Assembly: GCA_965116875.1 (NCBI GenBank)
Contig: OZ220733.1
Span: forward strand, 4,352,001-4,416,000
Length of the DNA stretch: 64,000 bases
Source: Candidatus Latescibacterota bacterium
Lineage (GTDB): Bacteria; Latescibacterota; UBA2968; GCA-2709665
Direction of reading: 5' to 3'
The notes beneath the pieces were generated by a model. The model saw nothing but the letters and a program-made list of their open reading frames with translations, ran no database searches and was not told where the DNA came from. The translations under genes were made by a program, and so were the position numbers. This document shows positions 1 through 10,289 of the stretch, one piece after another. The number at the start of each line of letters is the position of its first letter. The stretch's first letter is position 1.

Positions 1-1
1 T

Positions 2-1285
2 GTGGATCTGTGTACGACGCTGCTCATCCGGTACGGCACGCAATCCTTCGAGGCGATCGTTTCTCCCACGCTGGAAATCCTGGATAAAGGTAAGGAGTCC
101 TGGCATCCCAGGCTTGCGGTGACGCTGCGCAGGCTGGTCGAGGCGGAGCAAGCAGCGCGCGGAAGCCGCGAGGAGAGGGTGGCGGCGGCGAGCGACCGCT
201 TCTACGGGCGAAGCGGGGCCCGCCAGGACGTCGCGGATGAACTGGAAGCGGACTACGTCGAAAAGGGCGGATTTTTGCGCAAGGCGGACTTGGCGGCTCA
301 CCAGACGCTGATTGAGGATCCCGTTGCGGTCAGCTACCGGGGATATGACGTATACAAATGCGGTCCGTGGACGCAGGGGCCGTACCTCTGCCAGGCGCTG
401 CGCCTGCTGGAGGGTTTCGACCTGAAATCCATGGGCCATCTTTCCGCGGATTACGTGCACGTGGCGGTTGAAGCGCTGAAGCTGGCGATGGCCGACAGGG
501 ACGCGTATTACGCCGACCCGGAATTCACGGACGTTCCGATGTCCGAACTGCTGTCGGACGCCTATACCGAAATCCGCCGGCCGCTGATCGATATGGCGAA
601 CGCGTCGCTGGAGGCTCGTCCCGGCGACCCGTACGGGTTGAAGCCGCTTCGGGGTACGGGGATGTTCGAACGCGGAATCGGGGGAACGACCACGTGCGTG
701 GTCGCGGACCGCTGGGGAAACGTCGTTTCGGCAACACCGAGCGCGAACGTCTATCGCGGGGAAACACCACTTGGCGGGCGAACGGGGGTGTCGTACGGAA
801 ACCGCCTGCGAAGCCTGAATACGACCCCCGGCCATCCCAACTGCATCCAGCCGGGAAAACGACCGCGCATCACGCTGACGCCCACGCTCGTCCTGAAAGA
901 CGGCAAGCCGGTTCTGGCGATCAGCGTGGCGGGCGGGGACCTGCAGGACCAGGCGACGCTGAATCTGCTCCTGGATTTCATCGAATTCGATATGCTTCCT
1001 GAATGCGCCGTCACCGCGCCGCGTTTCGCCACGTCCCACCACGAGGACTCGTTCGATCCAAATCCCGATCGTCCCGCAACGTTCAAACAGGTCGGCTCTC
1101 TAACGATAAGCGACCGCGTGAGCCGGGGCGTCCGCGCCGACCTCGCCTCGCGGGGGCATCGCGTGGCATCGAGCGCTGGTCCGATCGCGACCCCGGTCAT
1201 GCTCTTCATCGATCGGGAAAACGGACGGTTCCACGCCGCAGGCGACCCCGCCGCGGGCCGCCACGCGGCCGGGCTGGAGGGATAA
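2..1285 (+). CDS. ggt: Gamma-glutamyltransferase family protein (5'-truncated by window edge)
   Basis: Motifs GTTTCVVADRWGNVVSATPS (N-terminal nucleophile Thr), PGKRPRITLTP, GGDLQDQ, EALKLAMADRDAYYADP. Confidence 0.9.
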   Translation: MDLCTTLLIRYGTQSFEAIVSPTLEILDKGKESWHPRLAVTLRRLVEAEQAARGSREERVAAASDRFYGRSGARQDVADELEADYVEKGGFLRKADLAAHQTLIEDPVAVSYRGYDVYKCGPWTQGPYLCQALRLLEGFDLKSMGHLSADYVHVAVEALKLAMADRDAYYADPEFTDVPMSELLSDAYTEIRRPLIDMANASLEARPGDPYGLKPLRGTGMFERGIGGTTTCVVADRWGNVVSATPSANVYRGETPLGGRTGVSYGNRLRSLNTTPGHPNCIQPGKRPRITLTPTLVLKDGKPVLAISVAGGDLQDQATLNLLLDFIEFDMLPECAVTAPRFATSHHEDSFDPNPDRPATFKQVGSLTISDRVSRGVRADLASRGHRVASSAGPIATPVMLFIDRENGRFHAAGDPAAGRHAAGLEG

Positions 1286-1600
1286 CCGGAGAAAACACCG
1301 TTCAATACGTGTACGGTTTGTCGAAGTAAGTCCGTATGGCCAATCCGCGCAATCGGACGTTGCTTCTTCCCACGGCCTTTGCTGATAATATGTCAACAGG
1401 GCCTTTTTCAGTTTGATTTCGCGACCCCGACCGGGCTGAAACAGAACACATCCGGCAACGATACCAATCTGCATTCAATTCCACGCGGCCTCCACCCACG
1501 GTCCCGCTCATTTCCCCGCAATCGACGTACAGGCTCTCCAACCCAACTGGCGCCTCACGACTCTTCCTGGACGCCATAACCACCCATTGATGTTCTGATA
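1283..1600 (-). pseudogene. Decayed OmpR-type winged-helix (Trans_reg_C) fragment
   Basis: REAPVGLESLYVDCGEMSGTVGGGRVELNADWY and DKPYTY*TVFSGY resemble EEPCVLQDLTVNFEERSVTVGGRLVELTAHEY and DEPCYIFTEHGVGY of the intact regulator at 12891-15332. Confidence 0.5.
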
Positions 1601-1696
1601 GTACTCCGGTGCGATCTGATCCGAGATCGTCGGCAACCGCCTGTCCCAGGTGTACCGACCGGCATCGCCGGGAATTTTTGTTGTTTTCGCGAGAAT

Positions 1697-1760
1697 TCAC
1701 GATAATATCACGATTTAAGGACGCAATAGTCACTATAAAAACACTTTAACGTGGTATATT
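1697..1760 (+). promoter_or_regulatory. 11-bp-periodic TCACGAT direct-repeat box plus extended -10
   Basis: TCACGAT 1697, TCACGAT 1708, GGACGCA 1719, TCACTAT 1730, ACACTTT 1741, then TGGTATATT at 1752. Confidence 0.65.
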
Positions 1761-1763
1761 ATC

Positions 1764-4700
1764 ATGATATTTATATATTATCTGTCGCTCATAGCAACCG
1801 TAGGCCAACTCAAGGGGAGGGATGTCGTGTATATTCACTATCGCAGGCGATTCAAGGCGTGTGTTGCTGCCTGGAGGCGGTTGTGCGGCGTCGCGTACCG
1901 CGGTGTCGTGCGGACCGGCGGCTGGATGGCGGTCCCTGCAATCTGTTTGTTTCTGGTAACGACGATCTACGCGCAGACCGGCAACGGTCCGACGAACCTG
2001 AACGTGTCGCTGGTCGGACAGGACGTGGTGGAACTGACGTGGGACCCGCCGGCGGTGGATGGGGCGAGTGTGAACCATTACGACATCAGATACGAGGAAC
2101 AGACCGGAGCATTGCAGGGATGGGAGAACGGCACGATCGGCGCGCTGGGAAGTGCGACGAGCACGCAGTTGTTGTTGAGAAACCGCACGCAGGCGAGGTA
2201 TTACACGTATCGAATGTTTGCCGTACGCAACGGCGTGGAAAGCGAGTGGTCGAACAGCGTAACGTATGATGCGGACACGGACGCGGTGGTGGCGCTGCCG
2301 GCGGCGCCTGGCGGGCTTACGGCCAGTCCGCGAGACGGCGCGATCGGTTTGTCCTGGGACGACCCTGCCGACGCCACGATCGTCAACTATCAGTTGCGCT
2401 ACGCTCCCGGCGGCATGACCTCCCCACCGAACTGGACGGGCGTTGTATGGAGCGATATTGCCGGCAGTGACGCCGGCACGACCGATCACGACGTCACGGA
2501 CCTGATCGCCGGCACCGAGTATACGTTCGAGATGCGGGCCAGAAACGCGGCCGGCGTGGGTGACTCGAGCGTGGTAACGGCCACGCCCGGCCTGCCGTCT
2601 CCGCCCGTCAATCTGTCGTCGACTCCCGGCGACGGATCGGTGCGGTTGACGTGGGACGATCCGGGCGACGTCAGGATCACGGGATACCAGCGTCATGTAC
2701 AGCACTGCCACGGTCCTGGAACAGGACTGGACGGACATCACGCCTAGCGATCGATACACGGCGGAACACGAGGTGACGGGCCTGACGAACTGGACTGAGT
2801 ATACGTTCAAGGTGCGCGCGTTGAACGCGGCGGGCCCCGGGGCGCCGGCCGGCGTAATCAGCAGGCCCGGGGGCCCGCGGGCGCCCGAGGGTCTGTCCGC
2901 ATCCGCGGGCGACGGGGCGGTGACGCTGTCATGGGACGATCCGACCGATGCCGCGATCACCAAGTACCGGATCCGGTACGCGGAGACGAACGCGTCGCTG
3001 CCGGCGTGGAGCGACATATCGGGCAGCGGCGCAAGCACCACGACCCACGACGTGATGGACCTGACCAACGATACGGAATACACCTTCGAATTGCGAGCGC
3101 AGGCGACGGACACACCCGGCGACTCGTCGGTCGTGACGGGGACGCCGCGGTCGTGTCCGGCGATTATTGTGACCGGAATCGGCCCTGCGACCGTGACGGT
3201 GAACCAGGCCGTCACGCTCGCGGCGCAGGCCAGAGGGGGATGCGGGAGGATCGAATTCACGAAGAAGAGCGGCCCGACGTGGATCACCGTCCACGCCAAC
3301 GGGAACATCCGTGGCACGGCGCCATCCACGCCCGGCTCGCATCCTGTCACCCTGACGGCGGCGGACGGCGAAGGGAACAGCACGGACAAGACGTTCACGA
3401 TTACCGTCCGGTGCAGCAGGGTCAGAATCACAGACATCCCCGACCTGACGGTGTCAGCGGCCGCCGCCTTTTTGCACACCACGTCCGTGGGCGGGGGCTG
3501 CGGGTCGCGAACGTCGTCGACCGAGGACGCGCCGGAGTGGGTTGAGGATAGAATCGAAAACAACGGAGACCTGACCATCCACGGCACCGCGCCATCGTCG
3601 CCCGGCACGCAGGGCGTGACGGTGCGGGTGCACGACGCCTTCGGCAACGGCCACGGCGACTTTTTCAGGATCACGGTTGTGTGTCCAGACGTCGAACTCG
3701 AGGACATCCCCGGCATGACGGTGACGGTGGGCGATTCCATCTCGATTGCGGCGAGCGCGCAAGGAGGATGTGGGGCGCTTAGCTATTCGATGTCCGGCGC
3801 GCCATCGGGGGTATCCATTGATCCGTCAACCGGGGAAATCAGAGGCGTCGTTGGCGGCCCTGCCGGCGAAAACAGCGTAAGGGTGACGGCGAGCGACAAC
3901 CACGCGAATTCCGATGATGTTAATTTCATCGTCACCGTTTGCGGGAAGGTCGTCATCTCACCTATATCTAATTTGACGGTCACGAAGGGCGATACAGTCG
4001 ATATTAGACCGAGTACGACTGGTGGATGCGGGAATATTACATACACGTTGACAGGCACTCTTCCTGAAGGTGTAAAATTCAACGACGGCACGGGTGTCAT
4101 CTACGGTCCAGCCAACGAGACAGGAACATTCCCCTTGACGTTGACGGCGACCGCGACGAACGACAGTGGTAATTTCGACACGGTGCAATTCGTGATCGAC
4201 GTGATCGATCCCTGTGAGCCAATCACGATCGCCGGACTGAGCAACGTGATGATTGCGGTGGGTGATTCGATTGAGGGGATCACGGCGACCGCGTCCGGCG
4301 GAAAGGCGCCGTATGAGTACAGATATGCGATCGAGAGCGGCCCCGACTGGGTAACGATCGGCGAGGTAAGCGGGTGTGTCCGAGGGACGGCCCCATTCAG
4401 TGCGGTTGGCGACAACGATGTGACTGTAAAGGTGAGCGAAGGGGACTGCCCTGAAGGCCAGGGCTCATTCCGTGTTACGGTGAAATGCCCGCAGCTTGCA
4501 GTAACGTATGGCAATCTGACGGTGGCGGTGGGCGCGTCACCCGAGCGACCCTCGAATACGCCGACGGTGAACGGGGGATGCCCGCCGATTACATTCGCAA
4601 TGCACGGGACGTGGCCGTCGTGGGTAACCCTGAACGAAGGCAACGGGAGCATTGGCGGCACGGCGCCAGCGTCCGATGCCGGGAAGAGCTTCGCGTTGAC

Positions 4701-5517
4701 GGTGCGGGCAACGGACAATAAGGGCAATTCCGTCGATGCGACGTTTACACTCACCGTTCCCTGCCTTCCGCTGTCACTCGCGTTCATCTCCGACGTGGTG
4801 GCACAGCAGGGTGTGGCCATAAGCGCGATACAGGCCAGGGGCACCGGCGGTTGTGCGCCCCTCGAGTACGGGCTTACGGCGAACCCTTCATCGGGGTCAG
4901 GCCTCTCCATTGGCACGTCCAGTGGACTTATCACCGCAACGCCGACGGCAGTGGACACGTACGCAGTCGACGTGACGGTAACCGACTCCCTCAACACGTC
5001 TAAGTCGAGGTCGTTCGAAATGCGTGTGGCGCCGGCGCTGACGTTGGACGTCGTGGATCTGTGGGAGGCCGTGGACGCGCCGATTCTGAGTGTATACGTC
5101 AGCGCCTCCGGCGGGCAGCCGCCCTACCGTTATTCGCTGTCCGGCGGTCCCGCGGGGCTTTCCCTGAACGCGACGACGGGTGAGTTCACCGGCACGGTAA
5201 CGCAGACGGGCACGTGGAACGGGACCGTCAGGGTGACCGATGCGGACAATCGCAGCAAGTCGGAGGGCATCACGATCACGATATATCTGCCCGGGGACTT
5301 CAATCGCGATGGAAAGCGTGACGCGGCCGATGCGGCGTTATTCAACCAGAAACTGGGTCTGCGGTCGACGGATGCGGAATATGACCGGATGTATGACCTG
5401 AACGGTGACGGGATCATCAACTGGGCGGACTACGTGATCCTGTCGGGGTACATCGAGGACGACGCGTCGTCCGGGAGCGGAAGCGGGGATACATCGGGTA
5501 GCGGTGAGGGCGGGTGA
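1764..5517 (+). pseudogene. Large secreted FN3 + putative Ig (He_PIG-like) repeat protein with C-terminal dockerin-like domain, split by a frameshift at ~2691
   Basis: ORFs 1764-2747 and 2695-5517 join inside an FN3 domain; removing C2691 gives ITGYQVMYST, matching IVNYQLRY and ITKYRIRY of neighbouring FN3 units. Signal-peptide-like MAVPAICLFLVTTIYA; C-terminal GDFNRDG...YDLNGDGIINWADY. True start may be downstream of 1764. Could be a sequencing error rather than a true pseudogene. Confidence 0.75.
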
Positions 5518-5551
5518 TCCCTTCGCGCATCGCGAGCAAGCGCGTGTGAGG

Positions 5552-5578
5552 GTGGGGCGCACATTCCTGTCTGCCCAC
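5552..5578 (+). repeat. REP-like hairpin GTGGGGCGGACATTCCTGTCTGCC, copy 1 of 6
   Basis: Other copies at ~10183, ~35938, ~39199, ~41749, ~43039; all intergenic and on the + strand. Confidence 0.8.
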
Positions 5579-5647
5579 GTGTGCAGTCTTGTCAAACTGA
5601 CTTCGCCATAGAGCAGTCGAAGCATCTCTCATGGAGGCGATATCTTT

Positions 5648-8600
5648 GTGAAGAGAAGGGTTGTTTATCGTTTGTCACTTTGGCTGCCGCTGTCGGCGTG
5701 TCTCCTGCCAGCGCCGTTCCTACCCACGGTCGTACGCGCAGCGCAGGCGCCTGCGGACAGCGTGGCGTTCTGCCGCGTAGTGGGCCACGAACACTGGCCG
5801 CGCGGTTACGTCGAGGCTGCGGACAAGGTTGCATCGTCGCAGCTGAACGCGGGCGAGCCGCGGACGGTGCGGATGATCTACTTTCTGCCGAACGACCGCC
5901 CGTACCGACAGTCGGTGGTGGATACGATGAGGGCGAGGATGGTGCGTATGCAGGCGTTCTTCGGAGAGCAGATGGAAGCCCACGGATATGGATATATGAC
6001 GTTTCGATATGAAGCGGACGCTGCCGGGGAACCCGTGGTGCATCGCCTGAATGGGGAGCACGACGACGCCCGATATATCGAGGAGACGAGTGGCTCAGTG
6101 CAGCAGGAGTTTTTCAGGGCGTACGAACGTGACCACCGCGTCTACTTCATCGTCATCGACAACAGCACGGATCTTATCCACCTGGCGCATGGTTTGGACG
6201 TACTTGGCGTTGCATCCGCAACCAGGAACCGAGGTCGTGCGATGGTCCCCGGGCGTTACACTTTCGATACGGCGGCACATGAACTCGGGCATGCCTTCGG
6301 GATGCTGTGGCACGATTTCCGGGACAGCGCCTATATCATGTCAGGTAGTCCCTTCAGGCACAGGCTGTCGGCGTGCTCGGCGGGGTATCTGTCGGTGTCG
6401 CCGTACTTCAACCCTGAGGTAGCTATTGAGACCGATTATACCTCTGCGCCGACCGTTGAATACGTCGGGTCCAACCCCTGGTATGGTGAGGGTACCAGGC
6501 GTTTCACACTGCCGTTGCGCGTGACGGATGCGGACGGTGTTCACCAGGTGTTCCTTACCGTCGGCAGTCCGGAAGTTCGCCTGCTGACAGCGGAGCTGAA
6601 GGCGTGCCGGTTGATGTCCGGCGAGACGGATGCGGTCGTGGCGTTCGAGTATGACGGTGTGATCCCGTCGGTGCGCCGTTCGAGCTTTTCGTATCCCACG
6701 ACACACCAGTTTCAGGCGCAGGTGTTCGATAAGGCGGCGCATTTTGGCAGTGACAATTTCGCCATCGCGCGGGCGTCGCCGCATCACGTGGCCACGTTAG
6801 CGACGGAGGGGGGGCTCTGGATTTCCTCTGTGGCGTTCTCGCCCGGCGGCGGCATGTTGGCGGCCGCGTGGGTTGGCGATAACGTCTCATCGGCTGACGT
6901 GAACACAGTGAGACTGTGGGACGTGGCAACGCGCGAAGTGGTCGCCTCGCTTGGCGGATACAGGCCGGTCGTGGAGTCGGTGGCGTTCTCTCCCGACGGT
7001 GCGATATTGGCGGCCGGGTTGAGCTCCGGCACGCTGGGGGTATGGGACGTGTCAATGCGCGAAGAGGTCGCCGTGCTGGAGGGTCACAAGGGGATGGCGT
7101 GGTCCGTGGCGTTTTCACCCGGCGGTCGCCTGCTGGCGTCGGGGTCGTGGGATGCGACGGTGAAGGTGTGGGACTCGTCGTCGTGGGAGGAGGTCGCCGC
7201 GCTGGAAGGGCATACGGATATCGTCAGTTCCGTGGCGTTTTCTCCCGACGGGCGCCTGCTGGCGTCGAGCTCTCGGGACCGCACGGTCAGATTGTGGGAC
7301 ACGTCGTCGTGGCAGGAGGCCGCCAGGCTGGCGGGGCATACGGATTTCATCTGGTCGATCGCGTTCTCTCCGGACGGCCGGCTGCTGGCGTCGGGGTCGC
7401 GCGACGGGACGGTGAAGCTGTGGGACGTGGGGTCCCGAGCGGAAACCGCAACGCTGGTAGCGCCCCTGCGGCTTGTCACGTCGCTCGCGTTTTCCCCCGA
7501 CGGCAGCACGCTGGCCGCTGTATCGCAATACGGGCTGGTCGACCTGTGGGACGTATTCAGCCGCGAGATCGTGGAGCAGTACGCGCATCCCGGCGGGGTC
7601 TATTCGCTGGCGTACGCTCCCGACGGTCGCATCCTGGCCGCCGCCGTTTCGCGGGGCCGGGTGGAGCTGTGGGACACCTCGCAATGGATGGCCCCGCGTC
7701 CTGTCGGCGTGACGGCGATATCGGGCGTTGGGCAGCGCGGCGCGCCGGGGTCCGTGCTGCCGCGGCCCTTTGTGGTGGAGGTGCGCGACCAGTATGACGA
7801 GCCGCTTGCGGGGGTTTCCGTGACGTTCACGGTGACGGAGGGCGGCGGCAGGGTGGGGGCCCGGTTCGGCAGTATGCGGGCAAGGACCGACAGCGCGGGC
7901 CGGGCGGAGGCGTTGCTGACGCTGGGCCCGGCGTCAGGACGTCACGCGGTGGACGTGTCCGTCGGCGGGCGGGTGTTCACGACGGTGGAGGCGCGCGGCG
8001 TGGGCGCGTGGGTGGATGCCGAGGAAGGTGACGTGTCGCTATGGCATCTGCCGCGAGGCGCCCTGGCGCGCCTGGGCAAGGGTGGCGTCGGCAGCGGCGC
8101 GCACGCCCTGGCCCTGTCTGCCGACGGGGGGTATCTGGTGGTGGGCACGGGCGTGGGCGCGTGGGTGTATGACGCGCGCGGGGGCGGTTACGTGACGCTT
8201 TGTCGTTCCGGCGGCGGCGCGCGTGAAAGCGTCGGATCGGTGTCGATCTCGCCGGACGGGTCGACGGTGGCGACGGGTCACGAGGGCGAACTGAAGCTGT
8301 GGGATCTTGCCACGGGGGCGCGGAAGGGCTATCTGTACCGGCCCGGCGAGCCCCTGTACTACCCTGTCGGGGTGTTTTCGCCCGACGGCGAGGTGCTGGC
8401 ATCGGGACAGAACGACGGTTCGGTGCTGTTGTGGGACGTGGCTTCCGGGCAGGTTGCCGCACGACTGGACGGGCACGGGCGCGGCGTGCGTTCTCTGGCG
8501 TTCACGCCCGACGCCCGTGTGTTGGCCACGGCGTCGGCGGACAGCACGGTGCGGTTGTGGGACGTGGTCTCGCGCGAAGCGCTGGGGGTGTTGCGGGGCC

Positions 8601-10021
8601 ACGGCGGCGGCGTGAAATCGGTGTCTTTCTCACCCGACGGTCAACTGCTGGCGTCGGGATCGGCTGACGGCGCGGTGCTCTTGTGGGACGTGGCGTCGCG
8701 CGAGGAGGTGGCGGGGTTGCGCGGCGTCGCGGGCGCGGTCAACGCGGTGTCGTTTGCCTCCGGCGGCGGTAGGCTGGCCGCGGCGCTGAACGACGGTACG
8801 GTCAGGGTATGGGACGTCGCATCGTGGGACGAGGCGGCGGTGCTGGAGGGCGGCGGGGGGCGGATCGGTTCGGTGGCGTACTCGCGCGACGGCGCCGTCA
8901 TGGCCTACGGCGCCGTTGACGGGGCCGTTGTGGTGCATGACGAGGCGACGGGGCGCACGCGCAGGCTGCAGGGGTTTGCCGGTAACGACGCGATGGCGGT
9001 CTCTCCGGGAGGAACGGTGGTGGCGTCGGGGTCCTGGCAGGGCCGGGTCGTGCTGTGGGACGCGGCGTCGCGGTCGGCGCTGGCGGCGCTTTTGGCACAC
9101 GACGGTCACATCACCGCATTGTCGTTCTCTCCCGGCGGGCGCATGCTGGCCTCGGCAGGGGCCGACGCAACGGTCAGACTGTGGGACGCGGGCACCGGCG
9201 AGGCGATCGCCACGCTGCCGGGGCATGCGTCCGGCGCCGCGCTGTCTTTTTCCGAAGACGGCAGCAGGCTGGCCTCGGGCGGAGCCCGGGACGGCGTGGT
9301 GCGGGTGTCGGACGTCGCAAAGCGGAAGGTGATCGCAACCGTGGAAGCAGGAGACGGCTTCACCACCCTGGCGCTGTCTCCCGGCGGGACGCTGCTGGCG
9401 ACGGGGACGAGTGCCGGCGCGGTGACGGTGTGGGACGTGGATCCGGGGCGCAACGTCGCGACGCTGGAAGGGCGCGAACGCGTGGTGACGCTGGCGTTCT
9501 CGCCGGACGGCGGCGCGCTATCTTCCGTGACGGACGCGGGGACCGTGACGGTGTGGGACGTGGAGACCCGGCAGGCGCGGGCAGTGACGCATACGTCGCC
9601 CCGGGTGGTCCGCGCGGCGGCGCTCTCACCCGGCGGGGAGGTGCTGGCGATCGCGTCCGGTTGGGGACGGATCACGTTGTGGGACGCCGCAACGGGGCGG
9701 CAGGCGGCCGTCCTTTCAGGACAAAGCGGCGGTGTCGACCACCTGGCGTTCTCCCATAGCGGGAGGACGCTGGCGTCGGGCGCGCGCGACGGCGCCATAC
9801 TGGTCTGGGATATGTCCGCGTACGTCACGCCGCGATACCGCAGCGCGGACTTCGACGGCGACGGGCAGGTGGACTTCAGCGACTTCGTCGTGTTCGCGGG
9901 AAAGTTCGGGACAAGCCGCGGCGATTCGGGCTATGACGCGCGCTTCGACCTGGACTGGAACGGCGCCATCGGCTTTTCCGACTTCCTCATCTTCGCCGGC
10001 GCCTTCGGGCAGACCGCGTGA
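5648..10021 (+). CDS. Secreted zinc-metallopeptidase-motif protein with two WD40 propeller regions, Ig-like linker and dockerin-like C-terminus
   Basis: Signal peptide; HELGHAFGMLWH; many GH..V.SVAFSPDG.LLASGS.D.TV.LWD repeats; ADFDGDGQVDFSDFVVFAGKFG...FDLDWNGAIGFSDFLIFAGAFG. Confidence 0.9.
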   Translation: MKRRVVYRLSLWLPLSACLLPAPFLPTVVRAAQAPADSVAFCRVVGHEHWPRGYVEAADKVASSQLNAGEPRTVRMIYFLPNDRPYRQSVVDTMRARMVRMQAFFGEQMEAHGYGYMTFRYEADAAGEPVVHRLNGEHDDARYIEETSGSVQQEFFRAYERDHRVYFIVIDNSTDLIHLAHGLDVLGVASATRNRGRAMVPGRYTFDTAAHELGHAFGMLWHDFRDSAYIMSGSPFRHRLSACSAGYLSVSPYFNPEVAIETDYTSAPTVEYVGSNPWYGEGTRRFTLPLRVTDADGVHQVFLTVGSPEVRLLTAELKACRLMSGETDAVVAFEYDGVIPSVRRSSFSYPTTHQFQAQVFDKAAHFGSDNFAIARASPHHVATLATEGGLWISSVAFSPGGGMLAAAWVGDNVSSADVNTVRLWDVATREVVASLGGYRPVVESVAFSPDGAILAAGLSSGTLGVWDVSMREEVAVLEGHKGMAWSVAFSPGGRLLASGSWDATVKVWDSSSWEEVAALEGHTDIVSSVAFSPDGRLLASSSRDRTVRLWDTSSWQEAARLAGHTDFIWSIAFSPDGRLLASGSRDGTVKLWDVGSRAETATLVAPLRLVTSLAFSPDGSTLAAVSQYGLVDLWDVFSREIVEQYAHPGGVYSLAYAPDGRILAAAVSRGRVELWDTSQWMAPRPVGVTAISGVGQRGAPGSVLPRPFVVEVRDQYDEPLAGVSVTFTVTEGGGRVGARFGSMRARTDSAGRAEALLTLGPASGRHAVDVSVGGRVFTTVEARGVGAWVDAEEGDVSLWHLPRGALARLGKGGVGSGAHALALSADGGYLVVGTGVGAWVYDARGGGYVTLCRSGGGARESVGSVSISPDGSTVATGHEGELKLWDLATGARKGYLYRPGEPLYYPVGVFSPDGEVLASGQNDGSVLLWDVASGQVAARLDGHGRGVRSLAFTPDARVLATASADSTVRLWDVVSREALGVLRGHGGGVKSVSFSPDGQLLASGSADGAVLLWDVASREEVAGLRGVAGAVNAVSFASGGGRLAAALNDGTVRVWDVASWDEAAVLEGGGGRIGSVAYSRDGAVMAYGAVDGAVVVHDEATGRTRRLQGFAGNDAMAVSPGGTVVASGSWQGRVVLWDAASRSALAALLAHDGHITALSFSPGGRMLASAGADATVRLWDAGTGEAIATLPGHASGAALSFSEDGSRLASGGARDGVVRVSDVAKRKVIATVEAGDGFTTLALSPGGTLLATGTSAGAVTVWDVDPGRNVATLEGRERVVTLAFSPDGGALSSVTDAGTVTVWDVETRQARAVTHTSPRVVRAAALSPGGEVLAIASGWGRITLWDAATGRQAAVLSGQSGGVDHLAFSHSGRTLASGARDGAILVWDMSAYVTPRYRSADFDGDGQVDFSDFVVFAGKFGTSRGDSGYDARFDLDWNGAIGFSDFLIFAGAFGQTA

Positions 10022-10289
10022 TATGGCCCTCCCACTGTCGCAAAACGCTACAGTCGCGACGCATTATGCGACACACCTGCCATTCCGGAAACTGCCAATT
10101 GGCTCTACCGCTTCACCCGGCCCCGTTCCCGATGCAGGGGCGTCCCTTGTGGGCGCCCGCACCTCGACGGACCGGTCTGAAGGTGGGGCGGACATTCATG
10201 TCTGCCCGCGTCGCATCGTCCCACCCTCCCCGCGTCCGGGAGGGTGGGGGAGGGATCTCGTACCGACGAAGCTTTTTTACAGAGGTGGT

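Noticed and set aside
1746-3740. Long antisense ORFs (also 17351-18895, 49348-51654, 53110-54483, 56795-59023 and similar)
   Set aside because: Shadow frames of GC-rich genes that have clear motifs on the opposite strand
9732-10289. N-terminal extension of the 9732-12833 ORF
   Set aside because: It overlaps the previous gene in another frame and crosses REP hairpins; homology to the paralogue and the RBS place the start at 10290/10296
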